Below are positions 40,321-56,221 of a stretch of DNA of 64,000 nucleotides, one piece after another. The DNA is from Eledone cirrhosa (lineage: Eukaryota). The first letter of the stretch is position 1, and each line of letters starts with the position of its first letter. Location of the stretch: positions 247,318,001 to 247,382,000 of the forward strand of contig OZ024741.1 in assembly GCA_964016885.1 (NCBI GenBank). The letters are read 5' to 3'. Below the pieces are notes generated by a model. That model ran no database searches, was not told where the DNA came from, and saw only the letters and a list, made by a program, of their open reading frames with translations. Made by a program: the position numbers and the translations under genes.

Positions 40321-41499
40321 CTTGATTTTCTTTTTACAAATTATCTTCCACTGATTTTTTTTACAAATTATCTCCACCTGATTTTTTAAAAAATTATCTC
40401 CCCTTGGAAGGCTGGAAATTATCTCCCCTTGGCTGGAAATTATCTCCCCTTGGACGGCTAGAAATTATCTCTCTTTGGACGGCTGGAAATTATCACCCCT
40501 TGAGCTTTTTACAAATTATCTCCCCCTGATTTTTTTTACAAATCTCCCTGTGATTTAAAAAAAAAATTATCTCCCCTTCGCTGGCTGGAAATTATCTCCC
40601 CTTGGACGCTGGAAATTATAGCCCCTTGGAGGGCTGGAAATTATCTTCCCTTGGACGGCTGGAAATTATCTCCCCTTGATTTTTTTTACAAATTATCTCC
40701 CCCTGATTTTTTTTTACAAATTATCTCCCCCTGATTTTTTTTACAACTTATCTGCGCCTGATTTTTTTTTAAAAATTATCTCCCCTTGGACGGCTGGAAA
40801 TTATCTCCCCTTGGACGGCTGGTAATTATCTCTCCTTGGACGGCTAGAATTTACCTCTCCTTGGACGGCTGAAAATTATCTCCCCTTGGACGGCTGGAAA
40901 TTATCTCCCCTTGATTTTTTTTACAAATTATCTCCCCCTGATTTTTTTTTACAAATTATCTCCCCCTGATTTTTTTTTACAAATTATCTCCCCCTGATTT
41001 TTTTTTACAAATTATCTACCCCTGATTTTTTTTTACAAATTATCTCCCCTTGGCTGGCTGGAAATTATCTCCCCTTGGAGGCTGGAACTTATCTCCCCTT
41101 GGACGGCTAGAAATTACCTCTCCTTGGACGGCTGGAAAATATGTCTCCTTGGACGGCTGGATATTATCTCCCCTTGGACGGCTGGAAATTATCTCCCCTT
41201 GGACGGCTGAAAATTATCTCCCCTTGATTTTTTTTACAAATTATCTCCCCCTGATTTTTTTTTACAAATTATCTCCCCCTGATTTTTGTTTACAAATTAT
41301 CTCCGCCTGATTTTTTAAAAAAATTATCTCCCCTTGGACGGCTGGAAATTATCTCCCCTTGGACGGATAGAAATTACCTCTCCTTGGACGGCTGAAAATT
41401 ATCTCCCCTTTGACGGCTGGAAATTATCTCCCCTTGATTTTTTTACAAATTATCTCCCCCTGATTTTTTTTTTACAAATTATCTCCCCCTGATTTTTTT

Positions 41500-44400
41500 T
41501 TACAAATTATCTACCCCTGATTTTTTTTTACAAATTATCTCCCCCTGATTTTTTTTACAAATTATCTCCCCCTGATTTTTTTTTACAAATTATCTCCCCC
41601 TGATTTTTTTACAAATTATCTCCCCCTGATTTTTTTTACAAATTATCTCCGCCTGATTTTTTTTAAATATTATCTCTCCTTGGCTGGCGGGAAATTATCT
41701 CCCCTTGGACGGCTGGAAATTATCTCCCCTTGGAAGGATAGAAATTATCTCCCCTTGGACGGCTGGAAATTATCTACCCCTGATTTTTTTTACAAATTAT
41801 CTCCCCCTGATTTTTTTTACAAATTATCTCCCCCTGATTTTTTTTACAAATTATCTACCCCTGATTTTTTTTACAAATTATCTCCCCCTGATTTTTTTTA
41901 CAAATTATCTCCCCCTGATTTTTTTTTTACAAATTATCTCACCCTGATTTTTTTACAAATTATCTCCCCCTGATTTTTTTTACAAATTATCTCCGCCTGA
42001 TTTTTTTAAATATTATCTTCCCTTGGCTGGCGGGAAATTATCTCCCCTTGAAGGGCTGAAAATTATCTCCCCTTGGACGGCTGGAAATTATCTCCCCTTG
42101 ATTTTTTTTACAAATTATCTCCCCCTGATTTTTTTTTACAAATTATCTCCCCCTGATTTTTTTTACAAATTATCTCCCCCTGATTTTTTTTTACAAATTA
42201 TCTGCCGCTGATTTTTTTTACAAATTATCTCCCCCTGATTTTTTTACAAATTATCTCCCCTTGGCTGGCTGGAAATTACCTCCCCTTGGAGGCTGGAATT
42301 TATCTCCCCTTGGACGGCTAGAAATTACCTCTCCTTGGACGGCTGGAAAATATGTCTCCTTGGACGGCTGGATATTATCTCCCCTTGGACGGCTGGAAAT
42401 TATCTCCCCTTGGACGGCTGGAAATTATCTCCCCTTGGACGGCTGGAAATTATCTCCCCATGGACGGCTGGAAATTATCTCCCCTTGGACGGCTAGAAAT
42501 TATCTCTCCTTGGACGGCTGAAAATTATCTCCCCTTGGACGGCTGGAAATTATCTCCCGTTGGACGGCTGGAAATTATCTCGCCTTGGACGGCTAGAATT
42601 TACCTCTCCTTGGACGGCTGAAAATTATCTCCCCTTGGACGGCTGGAAATTATCTCCCCTTGATTTTTTTTACAAATTATCTCCCCCTGATTTTTTTTTA
42701 CAAATTATCTCCCCCTGATTTTTTTTTACAAATTATCTCCCCCTGATTTTTTTTTACAAATTATCTCCCCCTGATTTTTTTTACAAATTATCTCCCCCCT
42801 GATTTTTTAACAAATTATCTCCCCTTGGCTGGCTGGAAATTATCTCCCCTTGGAGGCTGGAACTTATCTCCCCTTGGACGGCTAGAAATTACCTCTCCTT
42901 GGACGGCTGGAAAATATGTCTCCTTGGACGGCTGGATATTATCTCCCCTTGGACGGCTGGAAATTATCTCCCCTTGGACGGCTGGAAATTATCTCCTCTT
43001 GGATGGCTAGATATTACCTCCCCTTGGACGGCTGGAAATTATCTCCCTTTGATTTTTTTTACAAATTATCTCCCCCTGATTTTTTTTTACAAATTATCTC
43101 CCCCTGATTTTTTTTTACAAATTATCTACCCCTGATTTTTTTTTACAAATTATCTCCCCCTGATTTTTTTTACAAATTATCTCCCCCTGATTTTTTTTTA
43201 CAAATTATCTCCCCCTGATTTTTTTACAAATTATCTCCCCCTGATTTTTTTTACAAATTATCTCCGCCTGATTTTTTTAAATATTATCTCTCCTTGGCTG
43301 GCGGGAAATTATCTCCCCTTGGACGGCTGGAAATTATCTCCCCTTGGAAGGATTGAAATTATCTCCCCTTGGACGGCTGGAAATTATCTACCCCTGATTT
43401 TTTTTACAAATTATCTCCCCCTGATTTTTTTTACAAATTATCTCCCCCTGATTTTTTTTACAAATTATCTACCCCTGATTTTTTTTACAAATTATCTCCC
43501 CCTGATTTTTTTTACAAATTATCTCCCCCTGATTTTTTTTTTACAAATTATCTCACCCTGATTTTTTTACAAATTATCTCCCCCTGATTTTTTTTACAAA
43601 TTATCTCCGCCTGATTTTTTTAAATATTATCTTCCCTTGGCTGGCGAGAAATTATCTCCCCTTGAAGGGCTGAAAATTATCTCCCCTTGGACGGCTGGAA
43701 ATTATCTCCCCTTGATTTTTTTTACAAATTATCTCCCCCTGATTTTTTTTTACAAATTATCTCCCCCTGATTTTTTTTACAAATTATCTCCCCCTGATTT
43801 TTTTTTACAAATTATCTGCCGCTGATTTTTTTTACAAATTATCTCCCCCTGATTTTTTTACAAATTATCTCCCCTTGGCTGGCTGGAAATTACCTCCCCT
43901 TGGAGGCTGGAATTTATCTCCCCTTGGACGGCTAGAAATTACCTCTCCTTGGACGGCTGGAAAATATGTCTCCTTGGACGGCTGGATATTATCTCCCCTT
44001 GGACGGCTGGAAATTATCTCCCCTTGGACGGCTGGAAATTATCTCCCCTTGGACGGATAGATATTACCTCCCCTTGGACGGCTGGAAATTATCTCCCCTT
44101 GGACGGCTGGAAATTATCTCCCCATGGACGGCTGGAAATTATCTCCCCTTGGACGGCTAGAAATTATCTCTCCTTGGACGGCTGAAAATTATCTCCCCTT
44201 GGACGGCTGGAAATTATCTCCCGTTGGACGGCTGGAAATTATCTCGCCTTGGACGGCTAGAATTTACCTCTCCTTGGACGGCTGAAAATTATCTCCCCTT
44301 GGACGGCTGGAAATTATCTCCCCTTGATTTTTTTTACAAATTATCTCCCCCTGATTTTTTTTTACAAATTATCTCCCCCTGATTTTTTTTTACAAATTAT

Positions 44401-46430
44401 CTCCCCCTGATTTTTTTTTACAAATTATCTCCCCCTGATTTTTTTTACAAATTATCTCCCCCCTGATTTTTTAACAAATTATCTCCCCTTGGCTGGCTGG
44501 AAATTATCTCCCCTTGGAGGCTGGAACTTATCTCCCCTTGGACGGCTAGAAATTACCTCTCCTTGGACGGCTGGAAAATATGTCTCCTTGGACGGCTGGA
44601 TATTATCTCCCCTTGGACGGCTGGAAATTATCTCCCCTTGGACGGCTGGAAATTATCTCCTCTTGGATGGCTAGATATTACCTCCCCTTGGACGGCTGGA
44701 AATTATCTCCCTTTGATTTTTTTTACAAATTATCTCCCCCTGATTTTTTTTTACAAATTATCTCCCCCTGATTTTTTTTTACAAATTATCTACCCCTGAT
44801 TTTTTTTTACAAATTATCTCCCCCTGATTTTTTTTACAAATTATCTCCCCCTGATTTTTTTTTACAAATTATCTCCCCCTGATTTTTTTACAAATTATCT
44901 CCCCCTGATTTTTTTTACAAATTATCTCCGCCTGATTTTTTTAAATATTATCTCTCCTTGGCTGGCGGGAAATTATCTCCCCTTGGACGGCTGGAAATTA
45001 TCTCCCCTTGGAAGGATTGAAATTATCTCCCCTTGGACGGCTGGAAATTATCTACCCCTGATTTTTTTTACAAATTATCTCCCCCTGATTTTTTTTACAA
45101 ATTATCTCCCCCTGATTTTTTTTACAAATTATCTACCCCTGATTTTTTTTACAAATTATCTCCCCCTGATTTTTTTTACAAATTATCTCCCCCTGATTTT
45201 TTTTTTACAAATTATCTCACCCTGATTTTTTTACAAATTATCTCCCCCTGATTTTTTTTACAAATTATCTCCGCCTGATTTTTTTAAATATTATCTTCCC
45301 TTGGCTGGCGAGAAATTATCTCCCCTTGAAGGGCTGAAAATTATCTCCCCTTGGACGGCTGGAAATTATCTCCCCTTGAATTTTTTTAAAAATTATCTCC
45401 CCCTGATTTTTTTTTACAAATTATCTCCCCCTGATTTTTTTTACAAATTATCTCCCCCTGATTTTTTTTTACAAATTATCTGCCGCTGATTTTTTTTACA
45501 AATTATCTCCCCCTGATTTTTTTACAAATTATCTCCCCTTGGCTGGCTGGAAATTACCTCCCCTTGGAGGCTGGAATTTATCTCCCCTTGGACGGCTAGA
45601 AATTACCTCTCCTTGGACGGCTGGAAAATATGTCTCCTTGGACGGCTGGATATTATCTCCCCTTGGACGGCTGGAAATTATCTCCCCTTGGACGGCTGGA
45701 AATTATCTCCCCTTGGACGGATAGATATTACCTCCCCTTGGACGGCTGGAAATTATCTCCCCTTGGACGGCTGGAAATTATCTCCCCATGGACGGCTGGA
45801 AATTATCTCCCCTTGGACGGCTAGAAATTATCTCTCCTTGGACGGCTGAAAATTATCTCCCCTTGGACGGCTGGAAATTATCTCCCGTTGGACGGCTGGA
45901 AATTATCTCGCCTTGGACGGCTAGAATTTACCTCTCCTTGGACGGCTGAAAATTATCTCCCCTTGGACGGCTGGAAATTATCTCCCCTTGATTTTTTTTA
46001 CAAATTATCTCCCCCTGATTTTTTTTTACAAATTATCTCCCCCTGATTTTTTTTTAGAAATTATCTCCCCCTGATTTTTTTTTACAAATTATCTCCCCCT
46101 GATTTTTTTTACAAATTATCTCCCCCCTGATTTTTTAACAAATTATCTCCCCTTGGCTGGCTGGAAATTATCTCCCCTTGGAGGCTGGAACTTATCTCCC
46201 CTTGGACGGCTAGAAATTACCTCTCCTTGGACGGCTGGAAAATATGTCTCCTTGGACGGCTGGATATTATCTCCCCTTGGACGGCTGGAAATTATCTCCC
46301 CTTGGACGGCTGGAAATTATCTCCCCTTGGATGGCTAGATATTACCTCCCCTTGGACGGCTGGAAATTATCTTCCTTTGATTTTTTTTACAAATTATCTC
46401 CCCCTGATTTTTTTTTACAAATTATCTCCC
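41500..46430. repeat. Second instance of the ~1,664-bp triplication (first unit 50 bp shorter)
   Basis: Landmarks 42825/44489/46153 and 43637/45301 at 1,664; 42261 to 43875 is 1,614. Confidence 0.88.
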
Positions 46431-48331
46431 CCTGATTTTTTTTTACAAATTATCTCCCCCTGATTTTTGTTTACAAATTATCTCCGCCTGATCTTTTTTT
46501 AAAAATTATCTCCCCTTGGACGGCTGGAAATTATCTCCCCTTGGACGGCTAGAAATTACCTCTCCTTGGACGGCTGAAAATTATCTCCCCTTGGACGGCT
46601 GGAAATTATCTCCCCTTGATTTTTTTACAAATTATCTCCCCCTGATTTTTTTTTTACAAATTATCTCCCCCTGATTTTTTTTTACAAATTATCTACCCCT
46701 GATTTTTTTTTACAAATTATCTCCCCCTGATTTTTTTTACAAATTATCTCCCCCTGATTTTTTTTTACAAATTATCTCCCCCTGATTTTTTTACAAATTA
46801 TCTCCCCCTGATTTTTTTTACAAATTATCTCCGCCTGATTTTTTTAAATATTATCTCTCCTTGGCTGGCGGGAAATTATCTCCCCTTGGACGGCTGGAAA
46901 TTATCTCCCCTTGGAAGGATGGAAATTATCTCCCCTTGGACGGCTAGAAATTATCTCTCTTTGGACGGCTGGAAATTATCACCCCTTGAGTTTTTTACAA
47001 ATTATCTCCCCCTGATTTTTTTTACAAATCTCCCAGTGATTTTTAAAAAAAAATTATCTCCCCTTCGCTGGCTGGAAATTATCTCCCCTTGGACGCTGGA
47101 AATTATAGCCCCTTGGAGGGCTTGAAATTATCTTCCCTTGGACGGCTGGAAATTATCTCCCCTTGATTTTTTTTTACAAATTATCTCCCCCTGATTTTTT
47201 TTACAAATTATCTCCCCCTGATTTTTTTTTACAACTTATCTGCGCCAGATTTTTTTAAAAAAATTATCTCCCCTTGGACGGCTGGAAATTATCTCCCCTT
47301 GGACGGCTGGAAATTATCTCTCCTTGGACGGCTAGAATTTACCTCTCCTTGGACGGCTGAAAATTATCTCCCCTTGGACGGCTGGAAATTATCTCCCCTT
47401 GATTTTTTTTACAAATTATCTCCCCCTGATTTTTTTTTACGAATTATCTCCCCCTAATTTTTTTTTACAAATTATCTCCCCCTGATTTTTTTTTACAAAT
47501 TATCTCCCCCTGATTTTTTTTACAAATTATCTCCCTCTGATTTTTTTACAAATTATCTCCCCTTGGCTGGCTGGAAATTATCTCCCCTAGGAGGCTGGAA
47601 CGTATCTCCCCTTGGACGGCTAGAAATTACCTCTCTTTGGACGGCTGGAAAATATGTCTCCTTGGACGGCTGGATATTATCTCTCCTTGGACGGCTGGAA
47701 ATTATCTCCCCTTGGACGGCTGGAAATTATCTCCCCTTGGATGGCTAGATATTACCTCCCCTTGGACGGCTGGAAATTATCTCCCCTTGATTTTTTTTTA
47801 CAAATTATCTCCCCCTGATTTTTTTTTACAAATTATCTCCCCCGATTTTTTTTTACAAATTATCTCTCCCTGATTTTTTTTTACAAATTATCTCCCCCTG
47901 ATTTTTGTTTACAAATTATCTCCCCTTGGACGGCTGGAAATTATCTCCCCTTGGACGGCTAGAAATTACCTCTCCTTGGACGGCTGAAAATTATCCTCCC
48001 TTGGACGGCTGGAAATTATCTCCCCTTGATTTTTTTACAAATTATCTCCCCCTGATTTTTTTTTTACAAATTATCTCACCCTGATTTTTTTTACAAATTA
48101 TCTACCCCTGATTTTTTTTTACAAATTATCTCCCCCTGATTTTTTTTACAAATTATCTCCCACTGATTTTTTTTTTACAAATTATCTCCCCCTGATTTTT
48201 TTACAAATTATCTCCCCCTGATTTTTTTTACAAATTATATCCGCCTGATTTTTTTAAATATTATCTCTCCTTGGCTGGCGGGAAATTATCTCCCCTTGGA
48301 CGGCTGGAAATTATCTCTCCTTGGAAGGATG

Positions 48332-51300
48332 GAAATTATCTCCCCTTGGACGGCTGGAAATTATCTACCCCTGATTTTTTTTACAAATTATCTCCCCCTG
48401 ATTTTTTTTACAAATTATCTCCCCCTGATTTTTTTTTTACAAATTATCTCCCCCTGATTTTTTTACAAATTATCTCACCCGGATTTTTTTTACAAATTAT
48501 CTCCGCCTGATTTTTTAAAATATTATCTTACCTTGGCTGGCGGGAAATTATCTCCCCTTGGACGGCTGAAAATTATCTCCCCTTGGACGGCTGGAAATTA
48601 TCTCCCCTTGATTTTTTTTACAAATTATCTCCCCCTGATTTTTTTTTACAAATTATCTCCCCCTGATTTTAAAAAAAAAATTATCTCCCCTTCGCTGGCT
48701 GGAAATTATCTCCCCTTGGACGCTGGAAATTATAGCCCCTTGGAGGGCTGGAAATTATCTTCCCTTGGACGGCTGGAAATTATCTCCCCTTGATTTTTTT
48801 TTACAAATTATCTCCCCCTGATTTTTTTTTACAAATTATCTCCCCCTGATTTTTTTTTACAAATTATCTCCCCCTGATTTTTTTTTTACAAATTATCTCC
48901 GCCTGATTTTTTTTTTTAAATTATCTACCCTTGGACGGCTGGAAATTATCTCCCCTTGGACGGCTGGAAATTATCTCCCCTTGGACGGCTAGAAATTATC
49001 TCTCCTAGGACGGCTGAAAATTATCTCCCCTTGGACGGCTGCAAATTATCTCCCCTTGATTTTTTTTACAAATTATCTCCCCCTGATTTTTTTTACAAAT
49101 TATCTCCCCCTGATTTTTTTTACAAATTATCTACCCCTGATTTTTTTTACAAATTATCTCCCCCTGATTTTTTTTTACAAATTATCTCCCTCTGATTTTT
49201 TTTTACAAATTATCTCCCCCTGATTTTTTTTTACAAATTATCTCCCCCTGATTTTTTTACAAATTATCTCCCCCTGATTTTTTTTACAATCTCCGCCTGA
49301 TTTTTTTAAAAATTATCTTCCCTTGGCTGGCGGGAAATTATCTCCCCTTGGACGGCTGGAAATTATCTCCCCTTGGAAGGATGGAAATTATCTGCCCTTG
49401 GACGGCTGGAAATTATCTCCCCTTGCACGGCTGGAAATTATCTCCCCTTGGCTGGAAATTATCTCCCCTTGGACGGCTAGAAATTATCTCTCTTTGGACG
49501 GCTGGAAATTATCTCCCTTTGATTTTTTTTACAAATTATCTCCCTCTGATTTTTTTTACAAATCTCCCCCTGATTTTTTAAAAAAAATTATCTCCCCTTC
49601 GCTGGCTGGAAATTATCTCCCCTTGGACACTGGAAATTATAGCCCCTTGGAGGGCTGGAAATTATCTTCTCTTGGACGGCTGGAAATTATCTCCCCTTGA
49701 TTTTTTTTACAAATTATCTCCGCCTGATTTTTTTTTAAAATTATCTCTCCTTGGACGGCTGGAAATTATCTCCCCTTGATTTTTTTTACAAATTATCTCC
49801 CCCTGATTTTTTTTACAAATTATCTCCCACTGATTTTTTTTTACAAATTATCTACCCCTGATTTTTTTTTACAAATTATCTCCCCCTGATTTTTTTTACA
49901 AATTATCTCACCCTGATTTTTCTTTTACAAATTATCTCCCCCTGATTTTTTTACAAATTATCTCCCCCTGATTTTTTTTACAAATTATCTCCGCCTGATT
50001 TTTTTAAATATTATCTTTCCTTGGCTGGCGGGAAATTATCTCCCCTTGGACGGCTGGAAATTATCTGCCCTTGATTTTCTTTTTACAAAATATCTTCCAC
50101 TGATTTTTTTTACAAATTATCTCCACCTGATTTTTTAAAAAATTATCTCCCCTTGGAAGGCTGGAAATTATCTCCCCTTGGCTGGAAATTATCTCCCCTT
50201 GGAAGGCTAGAAATTATCTCTCTTTGGACGGCTGGAAATTATCACCCCTTGAGTTTTTTTACAAATTATCTCCCCCTGATTTTTTTTACAAATCTCCCAG
50301 TGATATTTAAAAAAAAATTATCTCCCCTTCGCTGGCTGGAAATTATCTCCCCTTGGACGCTGGAAATTATAGCCCCTTGGAGGGCTGGAAATTATCTTCC
50401 CTTGGACGGCTGGAAATTATCTCCCCTTGATTTTTTTTACAAATTATCTCCCCCTGATTTTTTTTACAAATTATCTCCCCCTGATTTTTTTGACAACTTA
50501 TCTGCGCCTGATTTTTTTTTAAAAATTATCTCCCCTTGGACGGCTGGAAATTATCTCCCCTTGGACGGCTGGAAATTATCTCTCCTTGGACGGCTAGAAT
50601 TTACCTCTCCTTGGACGGCTGAAAATTATCTCCCCTTGGACGGCTGGAAATTACCTCCCCTTGATTTTTTTACAAATTATCTCCCCCTGATTTTTTTTTA
50701 CAAATTATCTCCCCCTGATTTTTGTTTACAAATTATCTCCCCTTGGACGGCTGGAAATTATCTCCCCTTGGACGGCTAGAAATTACCTCTCCTTGGACGG
50801 CTGAAAATTATCTCCCCTTGGACGGCTGGAAATTATCTCCCCTTGATTTTTTTACAAATTATCTCCCCCTGATTTTTTTTTTACAAATTATCTCAGCCTG
50901 ATTTTTTTTACAAATTATCTACCCCTGATTTTTTTTTACAAATTATCTCCCCCTGATTTTTTTTACAAATTATCTCCCCCTGATTTTTTTTTTACAAATT
51001 ATCTCCCCCTGATTATTTTACAAATTATCTCACCCTGATTTTTTTTACAAATTATCTCCGCCTGATTTTTTTAAATATTATCTCTCCTTGGCTGGCGGGA
51101 AATTATCTCCACTTGGACGGCTGGAAATTATCTCCCCTTGGAAGGATGGAAATTATCTCCCCTTGGACGGCTGGAAATTATCTACCCCTGATTTTTTTTA
51201 CAAATTATCTCCCCCTGATTTATTTTACAAATTATCTCCCCCTGATTTTTTTTTTAAAAATTATCTCCCCCTGATTTTTTTACAAATTATCTCCCCCTGA

Positions 51301-54300
51301 TTTTTTTTACAAATTATCTCCGCCTGATTTTTTTAAATATTATCTTACCTTGGCTGGCGGGAAATTATCTCCCCTTGGACGGCTGAAAATTATCTCCCCT
51401 TGGACGGCTGGAAATTATCTCCCCCTGATTTTTTTTACAAATTATCTCCCCCTGATTTTTTTTTTACAAATTATCTCCGCCTGATTTTTTTTAAAAAATT
51501 ATCTCCCCTTGGACGGCTGGAAATTATCTCCCCTTGGACGGCTGGAAATTATCTCCCCTTGGACGGCTAGAAATTATCTCTCCTTGGACGGCTGAAAATT
51601 ATCTCCCCTTGGACGGCTGCAAATTATCTCCCCTTGATTTTTTTTACAAATTATCTCCCCCTGATTTTTTTTACAAATTATCTCCCCCTGATTTTTTTTA
51701 CAAATTATCTACACCTGATTTTTTTTACAAATTATCTCCCCCTGATTTTTTTTTACAAATTATCACCCTCTGATTTTTTTTTACAAATTATCTCCCCCTG
51801 ATTTTTTTTTTACAAATTATCTCCCCCTGATTTTTTTACAAATTATCTCCCCCTGATTTTTTTTACAATCTCCGCCTGATTTTTTTAAAAATTATCTTCT
51901 CTTGGCTGGCTGGAAATTATCTCCCCTTGGACACTGGAAATTATAGCCACTTGGAGGGCTGGAAATTATCTTCCCTTGGACGGCTGGAAATTATCACCCC
52001 TTGATTTTTTTTACAAATTATCTCCGCCTGATTTTTTTTTACAAATTATCTCCCCCTGATTTTTTTTTACAAATTATCTAACCCTGATTTTTTTTTACAA
52101 ATTATCTCCCCCTGATTTTTTTTACAAATTATCTCCCCCTGATTTCTCTTTTACAAATTATCTCCCCCTGATTTTTTTACAAATTATCTCCCCCTGATTT
52201 TTTTTACAAATTATCTCCGCCTGATTTTTTTAAATATTATCTTCCCTTGGCTGGCGGGAAATTATCTCCCCTTGGACGGCTGGAAATTATCTACCCCTGA
52301 TTTTTTTTACAAATTATCTCCCCCTGATTTTTTTTACAAATTATCTCCCCCTGATTTTTTTTTTACAAATTATCTCCCCCTGATTTTTTTACAAATTATC
52401 TCACCCGGATTTTTTTTACAAATTATCTCCGCCTGATTTTTTAAAATATTATCTTACCTTGGCTGGCGGGAAATTATCTCCCCTTGGACGGCTGAAAATT
52501 ATCTCCCCTTGGACGGCTGGAAATTATCTCCCCTTGATTTTTTTTACAAATTATCTCCCCCTGATTTTTTTTTACAAATTATCTCCCCCTGATTTTAAAA
52601 AAAAAATTATCTCCCCTTCGCTGGCTGGAAATTATCTCCCCTTGGACGCTGGAAATTATAGCCCCTTGGAGGGCTGGAAATTATCTTCCCTTGGACGGCT
52701 GGAAATTATCTCCCCTTGATTTTTTTTTACAAATTATCTCCCCCTGATTTTTTTTTACAAATTATCTCCCCCTGATTTTTTTTTACAAATTATCTCCCCC
52801 TGATTTTTTTTTTACAAATTATCTCCGCCTGATTTTTTTTTTTAAATTATCTACCCTTGGACGGCTGGAAATTATCTCCCCTTGGACGGCTGGAAATTAT
52901 CTCCCCTTGGACGGCTAGAAATTATCTCTCCTAGGACGGCTGAAAATTATCTCCCCTTGGACGGCTGCAAATTATCTCCCCTTGATTTTTTTTACAAATT
53001 ATCTCCCCCTGATTTTTTTTACAAATTATCTCCCCCTGATTTTTTTTACAAATTATCTACCCCTGATTTTTTTTACAAATTATCTCCCCCTGATTTTTTT
53101 TTACAAATTATCTCCCTCTGATTTTTTTTTACAAATTATCTCCCCCTGATTTTTTTTTACAAATTATCTCCCCCTGATTTTTTTACAAATTATCTCCCCC
53201 TGATTTTTTTTACAATCTCCGCCTGATTTTTTTAAAAATTATCTTCCCTTGGCTGGCGGGAAATTATCTCCCCTTGGACGGCTGGAAATTATCTCCCCTT
53301 GGAAGGATGGAAATTATCTGCCCTTGGACGGCTGGAAATTATCTCCCCTTGCACGGCTGGAAATTATCTCCCCTTGGCTGGAAATTATCTCCCCTTGGAC
53401 GGCTAGAAATTATCTCTCTTTGGACGGCTGGAAATTATCTCCCTTTGATTTTTTTTACAAATTATCTCCCTCTGATTTTTTTTACAAATCTCCCCCTGAT
53501 TTTTTAAAAAAAATTATCTCCCCTTCGCTGGCTGGAAATTATCTCCCCTTGGACACTGGAAATTATAGCCCCTTGGAGGGCTGGAAATTATCTTCTCTTG
53601 GACGGCTGGAAATTATCTCCCCTTGATTTTTTTTACAAATTATCTCCGCCTGATTTTTTTTTAAAATTATCTCTCCTTGGACGGCAGGAAATTATCTCCC
53701 CTTGATTTTTTTTACAAATTATCTCCCCCTGATTTTTTTTACAAATTATCTCCCACTGATTTTTTTTTACAAATTATCTACCCCTGATTTTTTTTTACAA
53801 ATTATCTCCCCCTGATTTTTTTTACAAATTATCTCACCCTGATTTTTCTTTTACAAATTATCTCCCCCTGATTTTTTTACAAATTATCTCCCCCTGATTT
53901 TTTTTACAAATTATCTCCGCCTGATTTTTTTAAATATTATCTTTCCTTGGCTGGCGGGAAATTATCTCCCCTTGGACGGCTGGAAATTATCTGCCCTTGA
54001 TTTTCTTTTTACAAAATATCTTCCACTGATTTTTTTTACAAATTATCTCCACCTGATTTTTTAAAAAATTATCTCCCCTTGGAAGGCTGGAAATTATCTC
54101 CCCTTGGCTGGAAATTATCTCCCCTTGGAAGGCTAGAAATTATCTCTCTTTGGACGGCTGGAAATTATCACCCCTTGAGTTTTTTTACAAATTATCTCCC
54201 CCTGATTTTTTTTACAAATCTCCCAGTGATATTTAAAAAAAAATTATCTCCCCTTCGCTGGCTGGAAATTATCTCCCCTTGGACGCTGGAAATTATAGCC

Positions 54301-56221
54301 CCTTGGAGGGCTGGAAATTATCTTCCCTTGGACGGCTGGAAATTATCTCCCCTTGATTTTTTTTACAAATTATCTCCCCCTGATTTTTTTTACAAATTAT
54401 CTCCCCCTGATTTTTTTGACAACTTATCTGCGCCTGATTTTTTTTAAAAAATTATCTCCCCTTGGACGGCTGGAAATTATCTCCCCTTGGACGGCTGGAA
54501 ATTATCTCTCCTTGGACGGCTAGAATTTACCTCTCCTTGGACGGCTGAAAATTATCTCCCCTTGGACGGCTGGAAATTACCTCCCCTTGATTTTTTTACA
54601 AATTATCTCCCCCTGATTTTTTTTTACAAATTATCTCCCCCTGATTTTTGTTTACAAATTATCTCCCCTTGGACGGCTGGAAATTATCTCCCCTTGGACG
54701 GCTAGAAATTACCTCTCCTTGGACGGCTGAAAATTATCTCCCCTTGGACGGCTGGAAATTATCTCCCCTTGATTTTTTTACAAATTATCTCCCCCTGATT
54801 TTTTTTTTACAAATTATCTCAGCCTGATTTTTTTTACAAATTATCTACCCCTGATTTTTTTTTACAAATTATCTCCCCCTGATTTTTTTTACAAATTATC
54901 TCCCCCTGATTTTTTTTTTACAAATTATCTCCCCCTGATTATTTTACAAATTATCTCACCCTGATTTTTTTTACAAATTATCTCCGCCTGATTTTTTTAA
55001 ATATTATCTCTCCTTGGCTGGCGGGAAATTATCTCCACTTGGACGGCTGGAAATTATCTCCCCTTGGAAGGATGGAAATTATCTCCCCTTGGACGGCTGG
55101 AAATTATCTACCCCTGATTTTTTTTACAAATTATCTCCCCCTGATTTATTTTACAAATTATCTCCCCCTGATTTTTTTTTTAAAAATTATCTCCCCCTGA
55201 TTTTTTTACAAATTATCTCCCCCTGATTTTTTTTACAAATTATCTCCGCCTGATTTTTTTAAATATTATCTTACCTTGGCTGGCGGGAAATTATCTCCCC
55301 TTGGACGGCTGAAAATTATCTCCCCTTGGACGGCTGGAAATTATCTCCCCCTGATTTTTTTTACAAATTATCTCCCCCTGATTTTTTTTTTACAAATTAT
55401 CTCCGCCTGATTTTTTTTAAAAAATTATCTCCCCTTGGACGGCTGGAAATTATCTCCCCTTGGACGGCTGGAAATTATCTCCCCTTGGACGGCTAGAAAT
55501 TATCTCTCCTTGGACGGCTGAAAATTATCTCCCCTTGGACGGCTGCAAATTATCTCCCCTTGATTTTTTTTACAAATTATCTCCCCCTGATTTTTTTTAC
55601 AAATTATCTCCCCCTGATTTTTTTTACAAATTATCTACACCTGATTTTTTTTACAAATTATCTCCCCCTGATTTTTTTTTACAAATTATCACCCTCTGAT
55701 TTTTTTTTACAAATTATCTCCCCCTGATTTTTTTTTTACAAATTATCTCCCCCTGATTTTTTTACAAATTATCTCCCCCTGATTTTTTTTACAATCTCCG
55801 CCTGATTTTTTTAAAAATTATCTTCTCTTGGCTGGCTGGAAATTATCTCCCCTTGGACACTGGAAATTATAGCCACTTGGAGGGCTGGAAATTATCTTCC
55901 CTTGGACGGCTGGAAATTATCACCCCTTGATTTTTTTTACAAATTATCTCCGCCTGATTTTTTTTTACAAATTATCTCCCCCTGATTTTTTTTTACAAAT
56001 TATCTAACCCTGATTTTTTTTTACAAATTATCTCCCCCTGATTTTTTTTACAAATTATCTCCCCCTGATTTCTCTTTTACAAATTATCTCCCCCTGATTT
56101 TTTTACAAATTATCTCCCCCTGATTTTTTTTACAAATTATCTCCGCCTGATTTTTTTAAATATTATCTTCCCTTGGCTGGCGGGAAATTATCTCCCCTTG
56201 GACGGCTGGAAATTATCTACC
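48332..56221. repeat. Second instance of the 3,926-bp tandem duplication, nested in the 15.9-kb duplicate
   Basis: Landmarks 48533/52459, 48956/52882, 50153/54079 and 51534/55460, all at 3,926. Confidence 0.93.
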